Positions 25,515 to 34,455 of a stretch of DNA of 64,000 nucleotides are shown here, in pieces. This DNA is from Candidatus Copromonas faecavium (nom. illeg.) (GTDB lineage Bacteria; Bacillota; Clostridia; Lachnospirales; Lachnospiraceae): positions 33,928 through 97,927 of the forward strand of contig DVGC01000027.1 in assembly GCA_018712915.1 (NCBI GenBank), given 5' to 3'. Made by a program: the position numbers and the translations under genes. The notes beneath the pieces are model-generated. The model saw only the letters and a list, made by a program, of their open reading frames with translations, was not told where the DNA came from and ran no database searches. The first letter of the stretch is position 1, and the number at the start of each line of letters is the position of its first letter.

Positions 25515-27581
25515 ATGGAGGAAGAGATGAAGAACCGGCAGCCGGTGGAAAGCCTGAAGGGAATCGGCGAAAAAACGGCAGCTTTATTTGAAAAAATAGG
25601 CGTCTTTACGGTGGATGATCTGCTCCATTATTATCCCAGGGATTATGATACCTTTGGAGAGCCGAAAGCCATCGGAGAGCTTTCGGAAAACCGGATTGAG
25701 GCGGTGGACGGATATTTAAAAAGCGGGGCCGCAGGCCGGTACGTGAACGGGCTTTCCATCGTTTCGGCAGGAATTTCCGACATGACCGGCAAACTCCGGC
25801 TGACCTGGTATCACATGCCATATTTAAAAAATACGTTAAAACCGGGAAGCCATTTTATCTTTCGGGGGAAAGTTGCCAGAAAGAAAAGCGGCCTGACCAT
25901 GGAACAGCCGCAGATGTTCCGGCCGGAAGCGTATGAGAAAATGAAGCGCCGGATGCAGCCGGTGTACGGGCAGACAAAGGGACTGGGAAATAAGACGATT
26001 ACATCCGCCGTCGAACAGGCTCTGGCTGTCCGGAAGCTGGAACGGGATTATCTGCCTATGAAGCTGCGGGTTTCCAATGAGCTGGCAGAGTATAATTTTG
26101 CCATTGAGCACATTCATTTTCCGACGGACGAAACGGATTTGCGCTTTGCCAGAAAACGGCTGGTATACGACGAGTTTTTCTTTTTCATTCTGGCTGTAAG
26201 GCGGTTAAAGGAAAAACGGCAGGATGTGAAAAGTGAGTATGTGATGGAACGGGATCAGGAATGCAGGAAACTGTTTGAGGCCCTTCCATACCGGCTTACG
26301 GACGCCCAGCTTCGTACCTTTCAGGAGATTAAGGCGGATTTAAAGAGCGGACGTGCCATGAACCGGCTGATTCAGGGGGATGTGGGATCGGGCAAAACCA
26401 TTATCGCGGTGCTGGCTCTTCTTATGACGGCGGAAAACGGCTGTCAGGGGGCACTGATGGCGCCGACAGAGGTTCTGGCCCGGCAGCATTATGAATCGGT
26501 AACGGCTCTTTTTGAAAAATACGGAATTTCCAGACGGGTGGTTCTGGTAACCGGCTCCATGACGGCGAAAGAGAAGCGTCAGGCTTACGAGGCCATTCTT
26601 TCCCATGAAGCGGAGATTGTCATTGGAACCCATGCGTTAATACAGGAAAAGGTGGTCTATGACCGGCTGGCACTGGTTATCACCGATGAGCAGCACCGGT
26701 TTGGAGTGGCTCAGAGGGAGATGCTGGGAAAGAAGGGCGCCGCGCCTCATGTGATGGTGATGAGCGCCACTCCGATTCCCCGGACGCTGGCTATCATTTT
26801 GTACGGGGATTTGGACATTTCCATCATCGATCAGCTCCCGAAAAACCGGCTTCCCATTAAAAACTGTGTGGTGGATAAATCTTATCGGAAGCGGGCCTGG
26901 AATTTTATAAAAAAGGAAGTCGAATCAGGGCATCAGGCTTACGTCATCTGTCCCATGGTGGAAGAGAGCGAGCTTTTGGAGGCGGAAAATGTTCTGGATT
27001 ATACGAAGCTATTGAGAGAAAACCTTCCGGGACTTCGGATTGAATTTCTTCATGGCAGAATGAAGGCAAAGGAAAAAAACCTGGTAATGGAAGAATTTGC
27101 GGCCGGTTCCATTGACGTCCTGGTATCCACCACGGTGGTGGAGGTTGGTGTCAACGTGCCCAATGCCACGGTCATGATGATCGAAAATGCGGAACGGTTC
27201 GGCCTGGCTCAGCTTCATCAGCTTCGCGGACGGGTAGGGCGCGGAAAAGCTCAGTCCTACTGCATCATGGTGGACGCTTCCGGAAATCCGGAGAAAAACG
27301 AACGGCTGCAGGTACTGAATCATTCCAATGATGGATTTTTCATTGCGTCTGAGGATCTGCGGCTTCGTGGGCCGGGAGATATTTTCGGACTGAAGCAGAG
27401 CGGAGAACTGGAATTTAAGCTGGCAGACATTTTTACGGATGCAGGAATCTTAAAGAAAGTTTCCGAGGATGTGACAGAACTGCTTTCTGAGGATGAAAAT
27501 CTGGAAAAAGAAGAAAATAAAGAACTGAGGGAGCGGCTGGATCGGTACCTGGAACGAAGCTATGATAAATTGAATCTTTAA
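25515..27581 (+). CDS. recG: ATP-dependent DNA helicase RecG
   Basis: A wedge domain is followed by helicase motifs (GDVGSGKT, DEQHRFG, QLHQLRGRVGRG). The start is ambiguous among 25494, 25509 and 25515. Confidence 0.95.
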   Translation: MEEEMKNRQPVESLKGIGEKTAALFEKIGVFTVDDLLHYYPRDYDTFGEPKAIGELSENRIEAVDGYLKSGAAGRYVNGLSIVSAGISDMTGKLRLTWYHMPYLKNTLKPGSHFIFRGKVARKKSGLTMEQPQMFRPEAYEKMKRRMQPVYGQTKGLGNKTITSAVEQALAVRKLERDYLPMKLRVSNELAEYNFAIEHIHFPTDETDLRFARKRLVYDEFFFFILAVRRLKEKRQDVKSEYVMERDQECRKLFEALPYRLTDAQLRTFQEIKADLKSGRAMNRLIQGDVGSGKTIIAVLALLMTAENGCQGALMAPTEVLARQHYESVTALFEKYGISRRVVLVTGSMTAKEKRQAYEAILSHEAEIVIGTHALIQEKVVYDRLALVITDEQHRFGVAQREMLGKKGAAPHVMVMSATPIPRTLAIILYGDLDISIIDQLPKNRLPIKNCVVDKSYRKRAWNFIKKEVESGHQAYVICPMVEESELLEAENVLDYTKLLRENLPGLRIEFLHGRMKAKEKNLVMEEFAAGSIDVLVSTTVVEVGVNVPNATVMMIENAERFGLAQLHQLRGRVGRGKAQSYCIMVDASGNPEKNERLQVLNHSNDGFFIASEDLRLRGPGDIFGLKQSGELEFKLADIFTDAGILKKVSEDVTELLSEDENLEKEENKELRERLDRYLERSYDKLNL

Positions 27582-27684
27582 ATGAGGATATCGTGGGTGA
27601 ATCTGTGCCTGCGGGAACCTGTCCGTGTATGACGGACAACAATAAAAGATAGATCAAAAATAAGAAAAGACGGGGGTAACAAAC

Positions 27685-28743
27685 ATGGACAGACTGAATC
27701 ATGAAAGCTGGAAACCGTATGTGGATTACATTGTAGAGCAGGCAAAGGAACTCCTTGCCATCGACAGCCCTTCCGGTTACGGGAAGGAGGTCAGCTCTTA
27801 CCTGATGAAGGAACTGGATCGGCTGGGATTCCGCAGCTGGAAAACAGTAAAAGGCAGCGTGATGGCCGATCTTGGCGGAAAAAATGCGGAGGATGCCATT
27901 TTGCTGGAGGCGCACTGCGATACGCTGGGGGCCATGGTTCATGAAATCAAGACGAACGGACATTTAAAGCTTACCAACATCGGCGGCATGCAGCCCAACA
28001 ATGCGGAAGCGGAGAATGTGAGAATCATCACCAAAAGCGGACGGATTTACGAGGGAACCTGTCAGCTTACCAATCCTTCCGTACATGTCAACGGAGATTA
28101 TCAGACCACGCCAAGGACCTGGGACAGCGTGGAGGTCATTGTGGATGAAAACATCAATTCAAAGGAGGACGCAAGAGCTCTCGGAATCATGGCTGGTGAC
28201 TATGTCTGCTTTGAACCGAGAACCAGAGTGACTGAGTCCGGATACATTAAGAGCCGGTTCCTGGACGACAAGCTTTCTTCCGCCATCCTCCTCGGTCTTG
28301 CAAAATGCATCAAAGAGGAGCAGAAAGAACCGGAACGCAGAATCTATCTGCACTTTACAATCTATGAAGAGGTGGGTCATGGAGGCTCCGCTCCGGTGCC
28401 GGAGGGAGTGACGGAGGCCTGGTCTGTGGACATGGGCTGCGTCGGGGAAGGCTTATCCTGTACCGAACGCCAGGTATCCATCTGCGCCAAGGATAAAGGA
28501 GGCCCGTACAATTATGACATTGTCTCCAAACTGGTGGAACTGGCGGAGAAAGGCGGCATCGATTATGCCGTTGATATCTATCCCTATTACGGTTCTGACG
28601 TGGAGGCCACGTTAAAAGCAGGCTATGATATCCGTCATGCGCTGATTGGCCCGGGCGTTTTCGCGTCCCACGGGTATGAGAGAAGCCACCGGGACGGCGT
28701 CCTGAACACGCTGCTGCTTCTCTGGGCATATCTTTGCCAGTAG
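27685..28743 (+). CDS. M42 family metallopeptidase (glutamyl aminopeptidase-like)
   Basis: It carries AIDSPSGYG, EAHCDTLG, FLDDK and EEVGHGG motifs. Confidence 0.85.
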   Translation: MDRLNHESWKPYVDYIVEQAKELLAIDSPSGYGKEVSSYLMKELDRLGFRSWKTVKGSVMADLGGKNAEDAILLEAHCDTLGAMVHEIKTNGHLKLTNIGGMQPNNAEAENVRIITKSGRIYEGTCQLTNPSVHVNGDYQTTPRTWDSVEVIVDENINSKEDARALGIMAGDYVCFEPRTRVTESGYIKSRFLDDKLSSAILLGLAKCIKEEQKEPERRIYLHFTIYEEVGHGGSAPVPEGVTEAWSVDMGCVGEGLSCTERQVSICAKDKGGPYNYDIVSKLVELAEKGGIDYAVDIYPYYGSDVEATLKAGYDIRHALIGPGVFASHGYERSHRDGVLNTLLLLWAYLCQ

Positions 28744-28797
28744 CGGAAAGGCGAAGAAGATAAATCCTGGAATGAGGTAAAAGTCAGAAAAAAATCC

Positions 28798-28832
28798 ATG
28801 CCTGGTATGCGGATTTCAGGGATACCAGGCAT
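28798..28832. terminator. Perfect 11-bp hairpin with terminator geometry only for minus-strand transcription
   Basis: The stem is ATGCCTGGTAT / ATACCAGGCAT with a 13-nt loop. An A7 run (28788-28794) precedes it on the + strand, which becomes a U-tail on the - strand. No T run follows it on the + strand. Confidence 0.4.
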
Positions 28833-28863
28833 ACGGATGACGGAAGAAAAATGGAGGGAGCAT

Positions 28864-29415
28864 ATGGTTAAGCCGGAGGGAAACAGAAGAATTTCCAAAA
28901 TTGATGCCTATCTGAACTGTGCGGAAACCTTTGCCTACAGGAGCACCTGCCTGAAGCGAAAATATGGAGCAGTCCTGGTGAAGGATGATGCGGTGATTTC
29001 CACCGGCTACAACGGCTCCCCCAGAGGCTTTGAGAACTGCTGTGATTTGGGGGAATGCCCGCGGATCAGACGAAATCTCCATCAGGGAGAGGGATACGGC
29101 ATCTGCAGGGCCATTCATGCGGAGGCCAATGCGCTGCTGAACTGCTCCAGAGAGCAGACTCTGGGAGCAGATCTGTATCTGACGGGCATTAACCCGGGAG
29201 ACTGCTCCATCCATCAGGCCAAACCATGTCCCTTATGTGCCAGGATGATCATCCAGGCGGGGATTCAGAACGTCTATCTTCGCCAGGGTGAGGGGCCGGA
29301 CAATTATATGGTGGTGGCGGCCAGGGAGCTGACATGGTATCTTGAGGAAGAACCAAATGGGATTCAGCTGGAAAAAATGCTAAAAAGGAATGGAGACGTA
29401 TCAGAGAAATGCTAA
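28864..29415 (+). CDS. comEB: dCMP deaminase (ComEB-like cytidine/deoxycytidylate deaminase zinc-binding protein) with a C-terminal extension
   Basis: The zinc-binding motifs are HAEANAL and PCPLCARMIIQAGI. A GGAGGGA RBS precedes the ATG at 28864. Confidence 0.85.
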   Translation: MVKPEGNRRISKIDAYLNCAETFAYRSTCLKRKYGAVLVKDDAVISTGYNGSPRGFENCCDLGECPRIRRNLHQGEGYGICRAIHAEANALLNCSREQTLGADLYLTGINPGDCSIHQAKPCPLCARMIIQAGIQNVYLRQGEGPDNYMVVAARELTWYLEEEPNGIQLEKMLKRNGDVSEKC

Positions 29416-29846
29416 ACATTTTCTATGGTGATATGCCGGAAGCAATTTTCAATACGGCGGTATATTTTAAGAATACCTATGAGGATGACTGGATTACAGA
29501 ACCGCTGACAAAAGAAATGATTGCAGATGTGGACCAGTCCATAGTTTTAGATAAGGGAATCATTGACAGCCCGGTTCTTGGAAAAATTCCTCCTGTTGGC
29601 CTGTCCGGTGGCGTGAAAACACTGATTTTAATTGCTCATTTTCCCAATCTGATTTTTAATGCTTCGACTTGCGGAGATAATTGTGCTAAATGGCTTTTAA
29701 AAATTGCCGAGAAGGATGACAGAACAATTAATCTTCGCCATTTAATGAACTTTGGAAATGAAGAGTTTGAAATCCGTATTTTAAACACCAATCAGGTTAT
29801 TCATACGATGGCAGAGCTGGTTCCTATTGCTGGATTGTATGTATAG
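29409..29846 (+). CDS. Small protein (145 aa), DUF4869-like from memory, with an ABC-signature-like LSGG motif
   Basis: The gene is visibly low-GC. Its ATG overlaps the comEB stop (ATGCTAA). GLSGGVKTLILIA...LIFNAS resembles the signature motif plus a degenerate Walker B of ABC/SMC-type ATPases. Confidence 0.6.
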   Translation: MLNIFYGDMPEAIFNTAVYFKNTYEDDWITEPLTKEMIADVDQSIVLDKGIIDSPVLGKIPPVGLSGGVKTLILIAHFPNLIFNASTCGDNCAKWLLKIAEKDDRTINLRHLMNFGNEEFEIRILNTNQVIHTMAELVPIAGLYV

Positions 29847-29855
29847 AGGAGAGAG

Positions 29856-30821
29856 ATGAAGGGGAAATACAAAATCCGTATTCAAAACAAAAGAATCCGG
29901 TATGATTTTGAAATTACCAGGAACATTACAATTATCCAGGGAAACAGTGCAACAGGAAAAACAACACTGATCGACATGATCCGGGAATATCATGAGAATG
30001 GGATGGACAGTGGAATTGAGTTAAGCTGCACGGTTCCCTGCGCTGTTCTTGAAGGAAAAAACTGGAAAATTCTGCTGTCCTCTTATCAAAACAGTATTCT
30101 ATTTATTGACGAAGGAAATCGTTTTGTATCATCACAGGAATTCGCGGAACTGATTCATGAATCAAGTAATTATTTTGTTATCGTAACAAGAGAATCCCTT
30201 CCCATGCTTCCATACAGTGTGGAAGAAATCTATGGGATAAGGAATGCGGGAAAATATGGTGGATTAAAGCGTACATTTAATGAGCTGTATCATGTTTACC
30301 GGCAGGATACGATGGAAGGAACGATTTGCCCGGAGGTAATAATAACTGAGGATTCCAATGCCGGGTTTCAGTTCTTTGAAACGGTCGGCTCGTCAAGAGG
30401 AATATTGAGCATTTCCAGTGGTGGAAAGAGTAATTTATTTACCGCAATTCTAAAGCATAAAGCTGAAAAGGTTTTAGTAATTGCAGACGGGGCTGCAATT
30501 GGCAGTGAAATGAATAAACTGGGATATCTTCTGCAAATTTATACAAACATTATTCTTTACCTTCCAGAATCCTTTGAATGGCTGATTTTAAAATCAGGTG
30601 TGCTAAACTCGAGGGAAATCGATGAAATCCTAGAATCACCTTCTGATTTTATTGATAACTTGGAGTATATTAGCTGGGAACGTTATTTTACTGCACTATT
30701 AACGAAAAGAACAAATGGAACTTATCTTGCTTACGATAAGCGAAAATTAAATCCTGCTTATAAAGCCGGAAGTATTTCAAAGAAAATTCTTGCCGTTATG
30801 AAGAACATAGAAATTTCATGA
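29856..30821 (+). CDS. Compact P-loop ATPase fused to a Toprim/DUF4435-like C-terminal domain (OLD-family-like)
   Basis: Walker A is GNSATGKT (aa 29-36) and Walker B is ILFIDEG (D85/E86). The C-terminal half contains VIITEDS (E165), VLVIADGAAIGSE (D211) and YLPESFEWLIL. The gene is low-GC and starts 9 nt after the previous gene. Confidence 0.6.
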   Translation: MKGKYKIRIQNKRIRYDFEITRNITIIQGNSATGKTTLIDMIREYHENGMDSGIELSCTVPCAVLEGKNWKILLSSYQNSILFIDEGNRFVSSQEFAELIHESSNYFVIVTRESLPMLPYSVEEIYGIRNAGKYGGLKRTFNELYHVYRQDTMEGTICPEVIITEDSNAGFQFFETVGSSRGILSISSGGKSNLFTAILKHKAEKVLVIADGAAIGSEMNKLGYLLQIYTNIILYLPESFEWLILKSGVLNSREIDEILESPSDFIDNLEYISWERYFTALLTKRTNGTYLAYDKRKLNPAYKAGSISKKILAVMKNIEIS

Positions 30822-30881
30822 TGCCTGAATGAAATTCAATCGTATTCGGAAAGATATGCTTGTTATAAGGAGCACTCATAC

Positions 30882-31454
30882 ATGCACTACAGAGAAATCA
30901 GAAAAGAAGAGCTGTCCCGTTCACTCTTTGCCCATTTTCACCGCCGTCAGGTGGTAACGGACTGTCTTCGGAAAGAGGAAGAGGGGTGGGCGGTAAAACC
31001 GGCGCCTTTTGTGGATGACTGGTCAGAGGAAGATTATGCCTTTCTGGTGGAATGCTTAAAGGGCACAATTACGAAGGGCGGCGCCGTGTTCGGAGCGTTT
31101 CTGGAACAGGAGCAGGAGGTCTTAAAAGGGTTTGCGTCTGTGGAAGGAGTTCCCATGGGCAGCAGGGGACAGTACCGGGATCTGACCAGCCTGCACGTCT
31201 CGGAAGACATGCGGGGAAAGGGAATCGGCCGGGAGCTGTTTTTTATGGCCTGCCGGTGGGCTTTGGAACATGGAGGAGAGAAGCTTTACATGTCAAGTCA
31301 TTCTGCCATTGAGACGCAGAAATTTTACAGAGCAGTCGGCTGTACGGATGCAGAAGAGATCATCCAGGAACATGCAGACAGAGAACCATATGACATCCAG
31401 CTGGAAAAATCCCTGGAACCGTCAGAAATGTCCAAGGAAGGAGCGATTTGTTGA
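30882..31454 (+). CDS. GNAT family N-acetyltransferase
   Basis: The acetyl-CoA binding motif is RGKGIGRELF. The 3' end overlaps the topB start. Confidence 0.8.
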   Translation: MHYREIRKEELSRSLFAHFHRRQVVTDCLRKEEEGWAVKPAPFVDDWSEEDYAFLVECLKGTITKGGAVFGAFLEQEQEVLKGFASVEGVPMGSRGQYRDLTSLHVSEDMRGKGIGRELFFMACRWALEHGGEKLYMSSHSAIETQKFYRAVGCTDAEEIIQEHADREPYDIQLEKSLEPSEMSKEGAIC

Positions 31455-33745
31455 AATCACTGGTGATTGCAGAAAAGCCGTCGGTGGCCCGGGACATCGC
31501 CCGGGTATTAAAATGCGCAAATACCGGAAACGGCTTTTTGGAAGGAGACCGCTATGTTGTCACCTGGGGACTGGGCCATCTGGTGACGCTTGCCGATCCG
31601 GAGGATTACGACAAAAAATATAAAGAATGGAAGCTGGAGGATCTGCCCATGCTGCCGGAGACATTCCGGCTGGAGGTAATCAAGCAGACAGCAAAGCAGT
31701 ATTACGCCGTGAAGGAGCAGATCCACAGAAAAGATATTGGGGAAATCATTATCGCAACCGACGCCGGGCGGGAAGGAGAACTGGTGGCCCGGCTGATTTT
31801 AAAGAAAGCCGGCGCCAAGAAACCGTTAAAGCGTCTCTGGATCTCCTCCGTAACGGATAAAGCCATCCGGGACGGTTTTTCTTCTTTAAAGAATGGAAAA
31901 GATTATGAACCGCTTTATGATGCTGCCATGTGCCGGGCAGAAGCGGACTGGCTGGTGGGAATCAACGCCACAAGGGCGCTGACCTGTAAATACAATGCCC
32001 AGCTATCCTGCGGCCGGGTTCAGACGCCGACGCTGGCCATGATCGCGAAAAGAGAGGAACAGATCCGCAAATTTACTCCGAAATCCTATTATGGGCTTCG
32101 GGCCAGGGCAGCTGGGATTTCCTTTTCCTGGAAGGATGGGAAAAGCGGTGCGGCCAGCAGTTTCAACAAAGAACGGATAGAGGAAATAATAAAAAGGCTT
32201 TCGGGAATGCCCGGGCGGATCAGTCAGGTAAAGCGGACGCCGAAAAAGGTGCAGGCGCCGCTTCTCTATGATCTGACGGAGCTGCAGAGAGAGGCGAACA
32301 AGCGGTTTGATTATTCTGCCAAGGAAACATTAAATATCATGCAGCGGCTGTATGAAAATCATAAGGTCCTTACCTATCCCCGGACAGATTCCAGATATTT
32401 AAGCTCAGATTTGATTCCCACACTGAAAGAACGACTGAATGCCTGCGGGGTGGGGCCTTACCGCCAGCTGGCAGGAAAACTTTCCAAACAGCAGATTTCC
32501 GGGAAACCGTTTTTTGTCAATGACAGCAAGGTGTCTGATCACCATGCCATCATCCCCACGGAGCAGTTTGTGGATCTGAGTCACATGACCATCGATGAAC
32601 GGCGGATTTATGACCTGGTGGTGCGAAGATTCCTTGCCGTTCTCTGCCCGCCCTGTGAATATGAGCAAACGGTTCTGACAGTCCAAATCGGAGAGGAGCA
32701 ATTCTCTGCCAGCGGAACCGTGATGATACATCCCGGCTGGAAAGAGGCGTATGAAGAGAATACGGGCGGATGGGAAGAGGACGACACGGAATACGAAAAG
32801 GAAGAACAAACGATGGGCTTTTCTTTGAAAAATCAGAATCTCCCCCGGCTGGAAGAAGGAGAGGAGCTGAAGCCGGTGGTTCTGACATTGGTGGAAGGAA
32901 AAACAAAGCCTCCGGCTCATTTTACGGAAGCGACGCTGCTTTCCGCCATGGAAAATCCAATTGCCTTCATGGAATCCAGGGATAAAGACATGGTGAAAAC
33001 TCTGGGTGAGACGGGAGGACTGGGAACCGTGGCCACCAGAGCAGACATTATTGAAAAGCTTTTTTCCAGCTTCCTGCTGGAAAAGAAAGGAAAGGAAATC
33101 TTCCTGACCTCCAAAGCAAAACAGCTTTTATCCCTGGTCCCGGAGGATTTGAAAAAGCCGGAGCTTACGGCCCGGTGGGAGATGCGCCTTTCCGATATTG
33201 CCAAAGGGAAGGAAAAACGTGCAGATTTTATGAAAGAAATCCGTGCTTATTCCGTGGATCTGACAGACCAGATCAAAAGCGGCGATGGTACGTTCCGTCA
33301 TGATAACCTTACCAACAAAAAATGCCCCCAGTGCGGCAAAGCGCTTCTTCTGGTGAAGGGCAAAAACAGCCAAATGCTGGTCTGCCAGGACAGGGCCTGC
33401 GGTTACCGGGAAACGATTTCCAGGACGTCAAACGCCAGATGCCCGGTCTGCCATAAGCGGATGGAGCTTCGCGGGAAGGGAGATGGTCAGATTTTTGTAT
33501 GCTCCTGCGGCCATAAAGAGAAACTGATTGCCTTCAAAGAACGACGGGCCAAAGAGGGAGCAGGCGTTACGAAACGGGATGTGGCACACTACATGAATCA
33601 GCAGAAGCAGAAGGAAGAACCGTTAAACAACGCGTTTGCGGCGGCTCTGGCCGGGTTATCTTTTGGAGACAGCAGGGAGGCTTCGCAGAATCCGGCGGAA
33701 CATAAGGGCGGCAAAAGAGGCGTAACTGCGAAAAGAAAAGGGTAA
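31448..33745 (+). CDS. topB: DNA topoisomerase III (type IA) with C-terminal zinc-ribbon repeats
   Basis: The Toprim N-terminus is LVIAEKPSVARDIA and the active-site region is LTYPRTDSRYL. The C-terminus has CPQCG...CQDRAC, CPVCH and CSCGH motifs. It starts with TTG and overlaps the GNAT stop. Confidence 0.9.
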   Translation: MLKSLVIAEKPSVARDIARVLKCANTGNGFLEGDRYVVTWGLGHLVTLADPEDYDKKYKEWKLEDLPMLPETFRLEVIKQTAKQYYAVKEQIHRKDIGEIIIATDAGREGELVARLILKKAGAKKPLKRLWISSVTDKAIRDGFSSLKNGKDYEPLYDAAMCRAEADWLVGINATRALTCKYNAQLSCGRVQTPTLAMIAKREEQIRKFTPKSYYGLRARAAGISFSWKDGKSGAASSFNKERIEEIIKRLSGMPGRISQVKRTPKKVQAPLLYDLTELQREANKRFDYSAKETLNIMQRLYENHKVLTYPRTDSRYLSSDLIPTLKERLNACGVGPYRQLAGKLSKQQISGKPFFVNDSKVSDHHAIIPTEQFVDLSHMTIDERRIYDLVVRRFLAVLCPPCEYEQTVLTVQIGEEQFSASGTVMIHPGWKEAYEENTGGWEEDDTEYEKEEQTMGFSLKNQNLPRLEEGEELKPVVLTLVEGKTKPPAHFTEATLLSAMENPIAFMESRDKDMVKTLGETGGLGTVATRADIIEKLFSSFLLEKKGKEIFLTSKAKQLLSLVPEDLKKPELTARWEMRLSDIAKGKEKRADFMKEIRAYSVDLTDQIKSGDGTFRHDNLTNKKCPQCGKALLLVKGKNSQMLVCQDRACGYRETISRTSNARCPVCHKRMELRGKGDGQIFVCSCGHKEKLIAFKERRAKEGAGVTKRDVAHYMNQQKQKEEPLNNAFAAALAGLSFGDSREASQNPAEHKGGKRGVTAKRKG

Positions 33746-33804
33746 AAAGGCACGAAAAGAAGAAGGGCATCAAGGAAAATAAGGGAGGAAACGAGGAGCA
33801 GAAC

Positions 33805-34341
33805 ATGGAATTAGTAAAAGCTTTGACAAAAGAGCGCCAGGACAGAATTTATCAGCTGTATCTGACAGCATTTCCAAAGAGCGAGCAAAAACCGTTTAAG
33901 ATTCTTATTGAGAAGCAGGAAGAGGGAATTGTGGATTTGCTGTCCATCGAAGAGGATGAGCACTTCCTGGGTCTTGCCATTATGGTCCGGTATCTGGATA
34001 TGGTTCTTCTGGATTATCTGGCCATTGACGATGGAGCACGAAACGGAGGATATGGCTCCCTGACCATTCAGGCTCTGCTTGAACGCTATTCCGGATTCCG
34101 GATGATTCTTGAAATTGACAGCACAAAAGAGGAGCAGGCGGCAGACCTTTCCATCCGCATCAGGAGAAAAGCGTTCTATCATCGGAATGGCCTGACAGAT
34201 CTGCCATATCAGGTGAATCTCTGGGGAAACCAGATGGAAATGTTAAGCAACGGCCGTCCTGTAAGCTTTGAGGAATACCTTTCCCTGTATCAGGAATCCT
34301 TTGGGGCCGGTGTGAGCAAAAATATTGGTCTTTTGGCGTAA
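33805..34341 (+). CDS. GNAT family N-acetyltransferase
   Basis: The GNAT core resembles RNGGYGSLTIQALL. A GGGAGGAAACGAGGAG RBS region lies upstream. Confidence 0.7.
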   Translation: MELVKALTKERQDRIYQLYLTAFPKSEQKPFKILIEKQEEGIVDLLSIEEDEHFLGLAIMVRYLDMVLLDYLAIDDGARNGGYGSLTIQALLERYSGFRMILEIDSTKEEQAADLSIRIRRKAFYHRNGLTDLPYQVNLWGNQMEMLSNGRPVSFEEYLSLYQESFGAGVSKNIGLLA

Positions 34342-34455
34342 CAGGAACGTTTTCTACAGGATTTTGTAAGAAAATTCACATGCTGCCTTCACAGAATAGA
34401 CACATTCCTGTGCTATCCTTGGGCGGTATAGTTTACGAGAGGATGGATTACGATT

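Noticed and set aside
28798-28863. N-terminal extension of comEB from the ATG at 28798 (MPGMRISGIPGIRM...)
   Set aside because: The extension is encoded by the hairpin palindrome itself, so the peptide is an artefact of the inverted repeat. It lacks an RBS, whereas the ATG at 28864 has GGAGGGA and matches the usual ComEB N-terminus.
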